In this document: positions 39,200-47,184 of the stretch, in pieces
Position numbering within the stretch: position 1 is the stretch's first letter
How the letters are laid out: the number at the start of each line of letters is the position of its first letter
Sequence record: NC_041869.1
Length of the DNA: 64,000 nucleotides
Reading direction: 5' to 3' (one strand)
Origin: Escherichia phage APECc02
Translations under genes and position numbers: made by a program
The notes under the pieces: generated by a model
Told to the model about the DNA's origin: nothing
What the model saw: only the letters and a program-made list of their open reading frames with translations
Databases searched by the model: none

Positions 39200-39961
39200 T
39201 TAAAGTTCCATAAAGTTTTCTACAGTCTCAATGAATGTTTTATCAGAGAAGGCATCAACCGCACCGTTAAACCAAACTGGGATGCCGCGATCCTCATACT
39301 GGTAAATATCACTACGTGAAATGCCATTCTCCTCTAGATGCTGTGAGTCGTATTTATTAACGATCAGTAGTTTGGTTCCCTTATTGCAGGCAGGGAATAG
39401 CTCCCAGTTAAAATTGATAACTGTGTTGGAGCACCCTACAAGGATAACCATATCATTGCTCGTAAGAGAAGTCAACAGGTCATACATGTCTGTATACTTC
39501 GGAGCTACTTCTCCGAAGAACACCACATTAGGCTTAACCCAGGTATACTTTCCTGCGTCTACCTCAGAGTATCCAATGTCCTTAATGACGTCACTTCCTT
39601 CATCGTCCTCATAGACTATTTCTGGCAAATACCCGTGGACATGTAAAATATCTTCATGTTTTACACCAGCACGCTCCAGCAAATCATCTACATTGGTGGT
39701 AAGGTTGATCACACGACCAGACCAGCGGGAATACCACTCAGCGATCCGAAGATGTGCAAGGTTAGGCTCAACACTGCCTAAAGCTACACGACGTGCATTG
39801 TAAAAGTCATGCACCTTATAGTAGTTCTTGGCAAAGGTGTGGATGTTGCACACCTCATCGATGCTGAAATTCTCCCACATTGCAGTGCTACCAGATCGGA
39901 AAGTGGGAATACCAGATTCAGCGCTCAAACCAGCACCGGAGATAATAATCAGTCGTCGCAT
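39200..39961 (-). CDS. Sir2 (sirtuin) family NAD-binding protein, lacking canonical Zn-binding Cys pairs
   Basis: SGAGLSAESGIPTFR, LHVHG, VVFFGE, ILVGCS motifs. Confidence 0.75.
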   Translation of the reverse strand: MRRLIIISGAGLSAESGIPTFRSGSTAMWENFSIDEVCNIHTFAKNYYKVHDFYNARRVALGSVEPNLAHLRIAEWYSRWSGRVINLTTNVDDLLERAGVKHEDILHVHGYLPEIVYEDDEGSDVIKDIGYSEVDAGKYTWVKPNVVFFGEVAPKYTDMYDLLTSLTSNDMVILVGCSNTVINFNWELFPACNKGTKLLIVNKYDSQHLEENGISRSDIYQYEDRGIPVWFNGAVDAFSDKTFIETVENFMEL

Positions 39962-39969
39962 AAGTGTCC

Positions 39970-40320
39970 TCAGTAGATGTTTTGTTTAATCTCTATTCCA
40001 AACTTTTTAAACGAGTCAGCTGCAAGCATGAATTTACGAGCCGCTGATGGGTTAGAAGTATGCACGAAAATCTTCACGTTGTCAACTACAGGAGGCTTAC
40101 CAAATACAAATTTTTCCTCTAGGATGCAGAAGCAATCGTATCCTTCAAAAATTTCTCCCAAGTCGCTGTCAAAATGCCACTCAGAAACTCGTCTATAAAG
40201 CTTTCTCTTGTCATTGATGAAATCCATAAACTCAGAAGAGTTCTTCAGCCAAAGAGCATCTTGGAGCCCGTAATTTGACGGATCTCTCAAGTCATCCAGC
40301 CACACAATCAACTTCTTCAT
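39970..40320 (-). CDS. hypothetical protein adjacent to Sir2-like gene
   Basis: ORF co-oriented; no motif recognised. Confidence 0.45.
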   Translation of the reverse strand: MKKLIVWLDDLRDPSNYGLQDALWLKNSSEFMDFINDKRKLYRRVSEWHFDSDLGEIFEGYDCFCILEEKFVFGKPPVVDNVKIFVHTSNPSAARKFMLAADSFKKFGIEIKQNIY

Positions 40321-41252
40321 TGCATATAGTCCTCGTTGTGGAAATAGTAGTCAAGTATCTCGCGGCGTTCCTGCTCAAGGAGACAGTTCCACACATCTTC
40401 TGTGTAATTGCTACGAATGAAGTTTACCATGCCGTAAAACTCTTCGTCAACACGTTTAAAGATATCCTCATCCCAAATCTTCCAAGCTTTACCTCTCATT
40501 ACGGCCTTCCGTGCCAAATAGTACGGAGACTTGATCTTCAGCTGCAGATCATAAGGGTAGTAAGGCTTACGAATCATATACCCTTCACCTCTTGTTTCTG
40601 CAGCTAATTCTTTTGCATAACTGAACGGAATTTCACGCACAGTGTGAGGACGTTTTGCACCAAGGTATTTGGCAATCCCATCTAAAGCTGCCTCTGGTAG
40701 CATTATTCCAGAATCATTATATCTGCAACCTATCAAATATGCGCCATGATCTTCCTGAACAATATGCGGATCTGAAGGGTGACAAATTTCAAACATGAAT
40801 GTCATGTTTTCATTGCCCATAACCTTCTTGATAAGATCTAAATTACCACATTGCTCCTGGATGGTTTCCTTTGCGAGGTTACAATATGGAGAATCAAGAG
40901 ATCCGGTTGTTGAGAACAATAGTTCACCTTTATGAGAGGATACCACACCAAGGAATCCGTTCTTTTTCTCTACCGCCGTCACAAGCTTATTGTCAGGCAG
41001 GTTGGTGGAGTTTTCTCCCAAGTTAAACACTTTTGTGAAGGGCCATGCCACAACATTTCCTTCATTACCGACAACAATGCCTCGGCACTCCAGTAAACGA
41101 GGGGACAAATGCCATAAATTGTTGTAAAATACTTTTCTGGCATATTTATAGATCTTTAACCCAAGATCCGGGTAATATCTACTGGTTACAAGACCTTTGT
41201 CAACTAGGTCGTCTGCATTAAAATACTTCATCATACGTTCCTCATTTGTCAT
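40317..41252 (-). CDS. RNA ligase 1 (T4 RnlA-like)
   Basis: LLECRGIVV, FTKVFNLGEN, KKNG adenylation motif, LLFSTTGSLDS match T4 Rnl1 blocks. Confidence 0.8.
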   Translation of the reverse strand: MTNEERMMKYFNADDLVDKGLVTSRYYPDLGLKIYKYARKVFYNNLWHLSPRLLECRGIVVGNEGNVVAWPFTKVFNLGENSTNLPDNKLVTAVEKKNGFLGVVSSHKGELLFSTTGSLDSPYCNLAKETIQEQCGNLDLIKKVMGNENMTFMFEICHPSDPHIVQEDHGAYLIGCRYNDSGIMLPEAALDGIAKYLGAKRPHTVREIPFSYAKELAAETRGEGYMIRKPYYPYDLQLKIKSPYYLARKAVMRGKAWKIWDEDIFKRVDEEFYGMVNFIRSNYTEDVWNCLLEQERREILDYYFHNEDYMQ

Positions 41253-41295
41253 TTTGTCAGTCTATCCTGCCACACAAATAACCTAGTGTCAACAC

Positions 41296-41324
41296 TTGAA
41301 ATTAACAAAACAGTTAGGTATACT
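41296..41324 (+). promoter_or_regulatory. sigma70-type promoter (TTGAAA-N17-TATACT)
   Basis: hexamers read directly; upstream of kinase gene. Confidence 0.5.
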
Positions 41325-41352
41325 ATCGTTGAAATTAAAACGGAGTATTACT

Positions 41353-41763
41353 ATGTCTAAAATGCTATATATCGTGCGTGGTCTACCAGGGTCTGGCAAA
41401 TCAACACTGGCAAATGCGCTATCTTTAGAAGGTCTGTATCCACATTTTGAGAACGACATGTTCTGGTACGACGATGATGGAAATTACAACTGGGATGCAA
41501 GTAAAGTAACACTTGCAGCAAAATGGTGCAAAGATAACGTAGAAGATATGATGCGTATGGGATACGACCGTATCGTGGTAAGTAATACGTTTACAAAAGA
41601 AAAATATGTGCAAGAATATATTGACATGGCGATCAGTCATGGGTATAGTTATACCGTGATCGTGGTTGAAAACCGCCATGGTAATAAAAGCATTCATGAT
41701 GTTCCAGACAGGGTTGTGGATCGTATGGAACGCCAGCTTAAAAATTGCATTAAACTTAAATGA
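41353..41763 (+). CDS. polynucleotide 5'-kinase (T4 Pnk kinase-domain-like)
   Basis: Walker A GLPGSGKST; start taken at MSKMLYIV with GGAG RBS. Confidence 0.65.
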   Translation: MSKMLYIVRGLPGSGKSTLANALSLEGLYPHFENDMFWYDDDGNYNWDASKVTLAAKWCKDNVEDMMRMGYDRIVVSNTFTKEKYVQEYIDMAISHGYSYTVIVVENRHGNKSIHDVPDRVVDRMERQLKNCIKLK

Positions 41764-41770
41764 GGAATGT

Positions 41771-42325
41771 ATGAAATACTTTGTAACAAGCGACACACAC
41801 TTTCTCCACCAGCGGGTCATGGAGTTCGACTCATGTCAAAAACACAGATCTCAGTATGATCACAATCTTGACAGTATGAATGCGGGAATCATCACCGAGT
41901 GGAACTCTGTTGTGTCACCTGCAGACACTGTGTTCCACCTGGGAGATATTGCGTGCACTAATGATAAGAATATCAACAAATTGCTCCCAGATGTTCTAAA
42001 TATGTTGAACGGACATATTATTCTTGTTCGTGGTAACCATGACACAAGGACGACTGTCAGAATTATGAAAGAGTTCGGTCATGAGGTTGTAGATTATTAC
42101 GAGCTTCGCCACAACAAGAATTTGATCTGTATGAGCCATTACCAGTTTGCAAAGTGGAACAGAAAGCCTCACGGATCAGTCCAACTGTTCGGTCATGCTC
42201 ACGGAACCACACAGCAGTTGTTTGGCAGGCAGTTTGATGTCGGTTGGGATGTGTGGGGGAGACTCTTACCATTAGAAGAGGCATACCGTATTGCAATGAG
42301 TCTTGCTATTGACAGCGGGGAGTAA
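41771..42325 (+). CDS. calcineurin-like metallophosphoesterase
   Basis: DTHF, GD, GNHD motifs; start at MKYFV with GAGGA RBS. Confidence 0.65.
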   Translation: MKYFVTSDTHFLHQRVMEFDSCQKHRSQYDHNLDSMNAGIITEWNSVVSPADTVFHLGDIACTNDKNINKLLPDVLNMLNGHIILVRGNHDTRTTVRIMKEFGHEVVDYYELRHNKNLICMSHYQFAKWNRKPHGSVQLFGHAHGTTQQLFGRQFDVGWDVWGRLLPLEEAYRIAMSLAIDSGE

Positions 42326-42372
42326 TCCCTGCTATTTTAAAGAAAATTGCCACACAAGGAGAATCAGGAGAT

Positions 42373-42723
42373 ATGAAAGATGGGGATAAGCTGCTATATC
42401 TTAAAGTCCCCCTTGAAATACTGTCTATGTCAAAAGTTTTGAATGACACAACTGGGGAGGTTGTTGTTCTTGACTTGTATGACAAGATCGTATACTGCTA
42501 CCTGCACAACTGGTATAAGCTTGGAGGAAGTTCACGCTTCACACCCAGCACAAGGAAAATTGCAGCAGATGTTGGGATAAAGAAAACAAAAGCAGCAGCG
42601 TGCGTTAAAACTTTAGAATGTGCAGGAGTGGTTGAAATATCCACACAAGGGAGAGGTAAAAGATGCACATTTTCCAAAGTTTTGCCACCAGAAGAGGTTA
42701 TTCGAATGTCAACAACTGGTTAG
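42373..42723 (+). CDS. hypothetical protein, possible DNA-binding
   Basis: ORF with AAGGAGAA RBS; immediately upstream of iteron array. Confidence 0.45.
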   Translation: MKDGDKLLYLKVPLEILSMSKVLNDTTGEVVVLDLYDKIVYCYLHNWYKLGGSSRFTPSTRKIAADVGIKKTKAAACVKTLECAGVVEISTQGRGKRCTFSKVLPPEEVIRMSTTG

Positions 42724-42796
42724 ACCAGTAAAAACTTAAATATCTGTACTATAAGGATTCGTATGTTTTATGTTCGCTCTGGAACAGAGGTTAGTA

Positions 42797-42880
42797 ACTG
42801 TCCGTGATACGGACACTACTGTCCGTCACGCGGACACATCTGCCCGTAATACGGACACTAACTGTCCGTGATACGGACAC
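42797..42880. repeat. four tandem ~21-bp iterons, each palindromic (CTGTCCGT-N4-ACGGACAC)
   Basis: copies at 42797, 42818, 42839, 42861. Confidence 0.8.
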
Positions 42881-42884
42881 ATAA

Positions 42885-43015
42885 AGAATATAACTAAAAT
42901 AACTAAATAATAAAAAATAAAAGATCTAGTACTTATGGTACTAAGTACATATACTTAACTTATGTAGAATATACTAGATCCTAAGTACCATGTTTTAAAT
43001 TTATTACTTACTATG
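42885..43015. other. AT-rich tract with short direct/inverted repeats (CTAAGTAC, AGTACT)
   Basis: composition and repeats seen directly. Confidence 0.6.
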
Positions 43016-43020
43016 GGTAG

Positions 43021-43270
43021 TGTCGGCCCTTCATTGGCACTCGCCTACGAGGGGCGAGATGCCGGGCCTCCCTGGTGCACACAATAACAGAAGTGCATAC
43101 ATGCAGGTCTGTTAACATGTGTGGGAGCGAAGCGATAGCGCAGGCCAAAGGCCGAGCACTGATGTGGACCACCGACGAAAGCTTGCCAGCGCCGTAAGGA
43201 GTCGGTTGAGAGTCTCCCGCGCGAGCTTGGATGAAGTTTATGTGTGGAAACGGACAAGAAGGCCCCTAAA
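43021..43270. other. GC-rich ORF-free island with multiple hairpins (candidate structured RNA or acquired fragment)
   Basis: marked GC shift versus flanks; no plus-strand ORF; several GC stems. Confidence 0.35.
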
Positions 43271-43383
43271 TCGCTCCACAGCTATATAAACTATACCAGG
43301 TAAGGCAATCGCACCAGTTTGATAGAAAAGCTCGTTACAAAGCGATACAGTGAGTTTTTCTATAACTTGAAGAGGAGGTAGTT

Positions 43384-43962
43384 ATGAGTCCACGCAAAGA
43401 TGACCGTGAAAAGATTGCAAAACGTTATCAGAATGAAGAACAGATGGAGAAAACTTTCAAGTGGAAGCCAGGTTTCCAGCGTAATCATTCTAACGCTCGT
43501 GATCGTAAGCATCCGGATAAGTGGTTAACACCGCCAAATGATGGCATTCAGGTTGGTGATGAGAAGGAGCTGTCACCTGGAAAAGATGGCAACTACATTC
43601 GAACTAAGGAAGCAGGTCCAAAGGATGACAGCTATCTTGTAGATAAGGTTCTTGACGGTGTTGATGTAGGTGTTGACACTGTACGAAACCTTTTTCTTGG
43701 TTGGTATCGCACAGGGTTTTTCGACATCAAGGCTATTCGTCGTGTTTGTGATATTAAAAAGTCTGCCTACGATGATGATTCCCTACATCGCACTCTGAGA
43801 CAATACTCAGAGAGATACGGTCATCCAGTTATCACTCTTGACGATATTAACGAAGTTATGTATCATGTAGAGGTTGTTGCAGGTAGGTTCGGTGATGCAT
43901 ATCTCGGTATTCTCTCTGCAAAGGATGAGGTAATGTTAAATAAGATTTACTATGAACGCTGA
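43384..43962 (+). CDS. hypothetical protein
   Basis: ORF with GAAGAGGAGG RBS. Confidence 0.55.
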   Translation: MSPRKDDREKIAKRYQNEEQMEKTFKWKPGFQRNHSNARDRKHPDKWLTPPNDGIQVGDEKELSPGKDGNYIRTKEAGPKDDSYLVDKVLDGVDVGVDTVRNLFLGWYRTGFFDIKAIRRVCDIKKSAYDDDSLHRTLRQYSERYGHPVITLDDINEVMYHVEVVAGRFGDAYLGILSAKDEVMLNKIYYER

Positions 43963-44161
43963 GGGGCGATTAATGAACAATCCGGTAGCAAAGAACTGTA
44001 ATAAATTCAACAAGTCTGCGATTCACACTGACAGGAAAAAGAGTTGGTTTCCTGACATTGACGAGGAGCTTGAGAGTTACTTTGAAGATTTAGTCACCAA
44101 TGCAGAGGAGGTTGCGATTAAAGAATACGCAGACAGGAGGGATAAGGCCGGAATCTGTTGA
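43952..44161 (+). CDS. hypothetical small protein
   Basis: ORF with GAGGGG RBS. Confidence 0.45.
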   Translation: MNAEGRLMNNPVAKNCNKFNKSAIHTDRKKSWFPDIDEELESYFEDLVTNAEEVAIKEYADRRDKAGIC

Positions 44162-44186
44162 CAAAAATAATGTTACCTGATAAGAT
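44158..44186 (+). promoter_or_regulatory. sigma70-type promoter (TTGACA-N17-TAAGAT)
   Basis: hexamers read directly. Confidence 0.5.
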
Positions 44187-44237
44187 CTGCAATATGATGT
44201 GATACAATTTTAACTTACGAGGTCTACAGGTAATGCT

Positions 44238-44480
44238 ATGTTTAAGGTTAAGCTCGTTTTTCGTTCCATGAATGAGGATTATTTAGAAGATGAAGGTGAA
44301 TTTCGTGCACTGGATGATGCAATAGATTTTGCCAACGACTTAGCTTGTATGAATACGGGTTATGGGCTATGCTGTTGGGATGGTGGTGTTCAGATCGGTG
44401 ATAGCAAGATCTTCTACTTCTACCCTGAGCCCGATAACAAACAAATTAAGTATGTTTTATTTATTTGTGCTTTACAATGA
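44238..44480 (+). CDS. hypothetical small acidic protein
   Basis: ORF downstream of promoter. Confidence 0.45.
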   Translation: MFKVKLVFRSMNEDYLEDEGEFRALDDAIDFANDLACMNTGYGLCCWDGGVQIGDSKIFYFYPEPDNKQIKYVLFICALQ

Positions 44481-44767
44481 GGTTGTTTTCGTGTATCATG
44501 ATGAATATCCAATTTAAAGATGAATTTGATGGCTTTATCTCCGGATGCTTTGAAACAGGGTTCGGAGAAGGCTGAGTTACCCTTAGAGGGCTTGATAGTG
44601 CACCACACTTAAAATGGTAGGGGCAGCCAGCACATGACGATGTGACCCCAGCCAACCTGTAATAAGGTCGAGCCAAAGCGCGGTAATGGGCTCTGGTAAC
44701 CCACTTGTTGGGTCTTGCTGGTCCAGGACGCTGGACAAGTCGCAGGGAATACCACCCTGCGGCGAAC

Positions 44768-44796
44768 TTGACAATCAGTATTTGCTATGATAAAAT
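44768..44796 (+). promoter_or_regulatory. sigma70-type promoter (TTGACA-N17-TAAAAT)
   Basis: hexamers read directly. Confidence 0.55.
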
Positions 44797-44824
44797 CCAC
44801 CTATCACGTGATAATGGAGGAAAC

Positions 44825-45163
44825 ATGGCGGATACAACTAAAAAGCGTCGCCGTAGAGGCAGACCTCTGAAAGAGGAGTCCAACGCCATTCAGCTAGAGA
44901 AGAACATCCTTGATATGAAGGAATCTTTTATAGCGATGGTTCCAGAAGCTCACAAAGTTTTAAGAGAGCTGATGTTGGACCCGAAAACCAAACAAAATAT
45001 TCGTCAAAGCATTGCAGAGTATGTTCTTGATAAGGCAGACCGAATGCAGGAAGAATATGATGAGATGTTTGGTGAAGAGGAAGAGGTGGTAGTAGAAGAG
45101 GCTGAAAAACCAGCACCTTTTATGCCATTTACCACAGAAATACAGCCTGTTGGCAATAGTTAA
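44825..45163 (+). CDS. hypothetical DNA-binding protein (KKRRRRGRP basic N-terminus, acidic C-terminus)
   Basis: ATG with GGAGGAAA RBS just downstream of promoter. Confidence 0.5.
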   Translation: MADTTKKRRRRGRPLKEESNAIQLEKNILDMKESFIAMVPEAHKVLRELMLDPKTKQNIRQSIAEYVLDKADRMQEEYDEMFGEEEEVVVEEAEKPAPFMPFTTEIQPVGNS

Positions 45164-45172
45164 AATATTTTC

Positions 45173-45201
45173 TTGACAAACTTTGCTTAACAGTGTAATA
45201 T
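45173..45201 (+). promoter_or_regulatory. sigma70-type promoter upstream of tRNA cluster (TTGACA-N17-TAATAT)
   Basis: hexamers read directly. Confidence 0.55.
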
Positions 45202-45259
45202 TGTAAACATGGTCTCCCACCTTTTCTGGCGGCTAAGGTGTAAAAGAAAGCCACCCAGT

Positions 45260-45334
45260 GCCCTGTTAGCTTAGTGGATAAAGCAGCGGCCTTCTAAGCC
45301 GTTGACACTGGTTCGAGTCCAGTACGGGGTGCCA
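45260..45334 (+). tRNA. tRNA-Arg (anticodon TCT), CCA encoded
   Basis: cloverleaf folded by hand: 7-bp acceptor, anticodon loop CTTCTAA, GTTCGAGTC T-loop. Confidence 0.75.
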
Positions 45335-45338
45335 AATT

Positions 45339-45425
45339 GGGGAGTTATCCCGTAGAGGTAGCGGTGTAGACTGTAAATCTATTGTCATTGCGACTCGGGT
45401 GGTTCGACTCCACCACTCCCCACCA
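45339..45425 (+). tRNA. tRNA-Tyr (anticodon GTA), long variable arm
   Basis: anticodon arm AGACTGTAAATCT identical to bacterial tRNA-Tyr; acceptor pairs; CCA encoded. Confidence 0.8.
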
Positions 45426-45539
45426 AATTTACATTTTTAAATGCATAAATCATACAGATAATGGCATTGATATTTATCGTCGTTTATACTAGTCACTAAC
45501 TGCTCGAAAATCAGTGTCATTATCAGTATTGTTTATAAA

Positions 45540-45630
45540 TGAGGGTAGGGAGCAATGGTGCTCAAGCGGTCTTGAAAACCGTCCCGTTGAGGATGACTCG
45601 ATGATGGTTCGATTCCATTACCCTCAGCCA
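45540..45630 (+). tRNA. tRNA-Ser (anticodon TGA), long variable arm
   Basis: anticodon loop CTTGAAA, long variable arm, T-loop TTCGATT; 5' boundary uncertain by 1 nt. Confidence 0.65.
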
Positions 45631-45728
45631 TATTGTTGACCTTGTAATTAAGCGAAAGCCGGAAGCAGAACCGGATTATCAAATGTTACAGTCGTCATCG
45701 CCGACTAGCAACATGGTCAACATACTGA

Positions 45729-45825
45729 GCTAGGTAAGCCCTTTGGCAAGGGCGAGGATTTTTAATCCTGAAAATAGACGAGGTAGTCGTTGAATACATA
45801 GGTGGTTCGATTCCATCACCTAGCA
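45729..45825 (+). ncRNA. atypical tRNA-like element (acceptor and T-arm intact; possible TTT anticodon; ~31-nt variable region)
   Basis: GCTAGGT/ACCTAGC acceptor pairing and GGTTCGATTCC T-arm, but non-canonical middle. Confidence 0.3.
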
Positions 45826-45832
45826 CCTTTTT

Positions 45833-45908
45833 GCTGATGTAGCACAATTGGTAGTGCAATTGATTTGTAATCAATAGGTTGCAGGTTCGAGTCCTGCTAT
45901 CAGCACCA
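45833..45908 (+). tRNA. tRNA-Thr (anticodon TGT), CCA encoded
   Basis: acceptor GCTGATG, D-arm GCAC..GTGC, anticodon loop TTTGTAA. Confidence 0.75.
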
Positions 45909-45909
45909 T

Positions 45910-45984
45910 GGCCCTGTAGCTGGAAGGTTCAAGCAAGCGACTCATAATCGCCAGACGGTGGTTCAATTCCACCCAGGGCCACCA
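45910..45984 (+). tRNA. tRNA-Met or Ile2 (anticodon CAT), CCA encoded
   Basis: acceptor GGCCCTG/CAGGGCC, anticodon loop CTCATAA. Confidence 0.75.
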
Positions 45985-45995
45985 AATAATAAATA

Positions 45996-46072
45996 CTCCG
46001 CGTAGCTCAGCTTGGTAGAGCGCCTGATTTGGGATCAGGAGGTCGAGTGTTCGAATCACTCCGTGGAGACCA
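45996..46072 (+). tRNA. tRNA-Pro (anticodon TGG), CCA encoded
   Basis: canonical D-arm TAGCTCAGCTTGGTAGAGC, anticodon loop TTTGGGA. Confidence 0.75.
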
Positions 46073-46118
46073 CTTTCAGTTATACTTTAAACATATACAA
46101 ACAAAAGGAACCTTTAAA

Positions 46119-46388
46119 ATGTATACACTTAAAATTGTAGAGCGTGTAAATCCAACCCATACTGTAGATTTTCGTGACGATTTCAATCCTCTGGCTGTAA
46201 ATCTTCGAGAGTCATATCATGAACTCAGCTGCGATGCAGTGGTGGTCTTTTTTGAAGACAACTCTGAAGGGGCAGTAGCTTGTGTTGTTGATAGTGAGCA
46301 GAAGTTTTATATTTACAGAGATGTAGATGCATACTTGATGAATGAAAATGCAGTTACTGTTAGAATCATCCACCGAGTGCCTCGATAA
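46119..46388 (+). CDS. hypothetical protein
   Basis: start at MYTLKIV (track start overlaps tRNA-Pro); AAAGGA RBS. Confidence 0.5.
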   Translation: MYTLKIVERVNPTHTVDFRDDFNPLAVNLRESYHELSCDAVVVFFEDNSEGAVACVVDSEQKFYIYRDVDAYLMNENAVTVRIIHRVPR

Positions 46389-46440
46389 GTATTAGTCTCC
46401 TTTTAGTTAGTTTCGATCTATTTAGGTTACTCAATTTTAA

Positions 46441-46484
46441 CCCGCCCCGTTAGCTGTATAGCTGTATAGCTGCGGGGTTTTTTC
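46441..46484 (+). terminator. hairpin terminator with three AGCTGTAT repeats in loop, then TTTTTT
   Basis: CCCCG...CGGGG stem plus T-run. Confidence 0.55.
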
Positions 46485-46501
46485 GTTTCTGGAGCCTTAA
46501 A

Positions 46502-46900
46502 ATGATTTCAGTTTTAACATGGCTGAGTAGGTATAGAGGGATCATAAAAGGTTTAGTTTTTGCAGCTGCGCTAGGTACAGCTTATCTTGGGGCCGTATAT
46601 TGGTTTAACTCTAAGCTTAATGAAGCCTACCAAGAGGGTGTGTCAGCAACAGAGTTAAAGTGGGAACGGATCCTTGATCAGCAACAAAAGCAGGCCGACA
46701 AAATTAAAATGGGCCACGCAGAGGAGGTTAAAAACCTTGAAAAATCCCTTTCTGATCTGCAGGATAAATTAAATATGGCTGAGAAGGCAGGTAAAGAAAA
46801 GCAGATTATCTACCTCCAGTCACCTGAAGGCAAGAAGTCAACACTTCCTGATCAGCTTATAGATATTTATAATGAGAGTATCAATCAGGAGGATCAATGA
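46502..46900 (+). CDS. i-spanin-like (N-terminal TM plus coiled coil)
   Basis: TM helix GLVFAAALGTAYLGAVYWF then charged helical region; overlaps o-spanin start. Confidence 0.55.
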   Translation: MISVLTWLSRYRGIIKGLVFAAALGTAYLGAVYWFNSKLNEAYQEGVSATELKWERILDQQQKQADKIKMGHAEEVKNLEKSLSDLQDKLNMAEKAGKEKQIIYLQSPEGKKSTLPDQLIDIYNESINQEDQ

Positions 46901-47184
46901 GAGTTGCTACACTGTTTATTGCGTGCTTGTTATTATGTGGGTGTGCAACCAGCGTTGAGAGAGAATACAAGATTGACCCTCCGGATGTAGGAAGGTTGAT
47001 TGTTAAACCCCCGGAAGGTGCCATGAAACCACCTGCTAAAGCTATGCCTTTGAAGAAAGGTGCTCCAGATGCAGTAAATTCTGGCATTATGAGGGATAAT
47101 AATTTGTCTTGTAGCAATGATAGAGCTAAATTGATCATTTTGCAAGACTATATTAGAACACTGTTTCCAAAGGAGAGAGGTTAA
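46897..47184 (+). CDS. o-spanin-like outer membrane lipoprotein
   Basis: lipobox-like LLLCGC after signal sequence, Pro-rich mature region. Confidence 0.55.
   Translation: MRVATLFIACLLLCGCATSVEREYKIDPPDVGRLIVKPPEGAMKPPAKAMPLKKGAPDAVNSGIMRDNNLSCSNDRAKLIILQDYIRTLFPKERG

Noticed and set aside
41296-41352. Upstream ATG start for kinase gene (track start 41296)
   Set aside because: This start lies within the predicted promoter -35 element; the ATG at 41353 with GGAG RBS is preferred.
42797-42880. Possible CRISPR array from regularly spaced repeats
   Set aside because: Units are directly adjacent 21-bp palindromes with no unique spacers between them; consistent with protein-binding iterons, not CRISPR.
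43160-43185. Hammerhead ribozyme-like core (CTGATG...GAAA) in GC-rich island
   Set aside because: Core reads CUGAUGU rather than CUGANGA and flanking helices are not convincingly formed.
43045-43257. Minus-strand 70-aa ORF inside GC-rich island
   Set aside because: Opposite orientation to all neighbours, no RBS seen, amino-acid composition typical of random GC-rich translation; kept only as a caveat to the non-coding interpretation.
44420-44800. Three overlapping minus-strand ORFs (62-71 aa)
   Set aside because: Mutually overlapping, opposite to local transcription direction, overlap two consensus plus-strand promoters; likely spurious.
45631-45728. Additional tRNA between tRNA-Ser and the atypical tRNA-like element
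   Set aside because: No T-loop or acceptor pairing could be folded; only a short flanking inverted repeat (GTTGACC...GGTCAAC).
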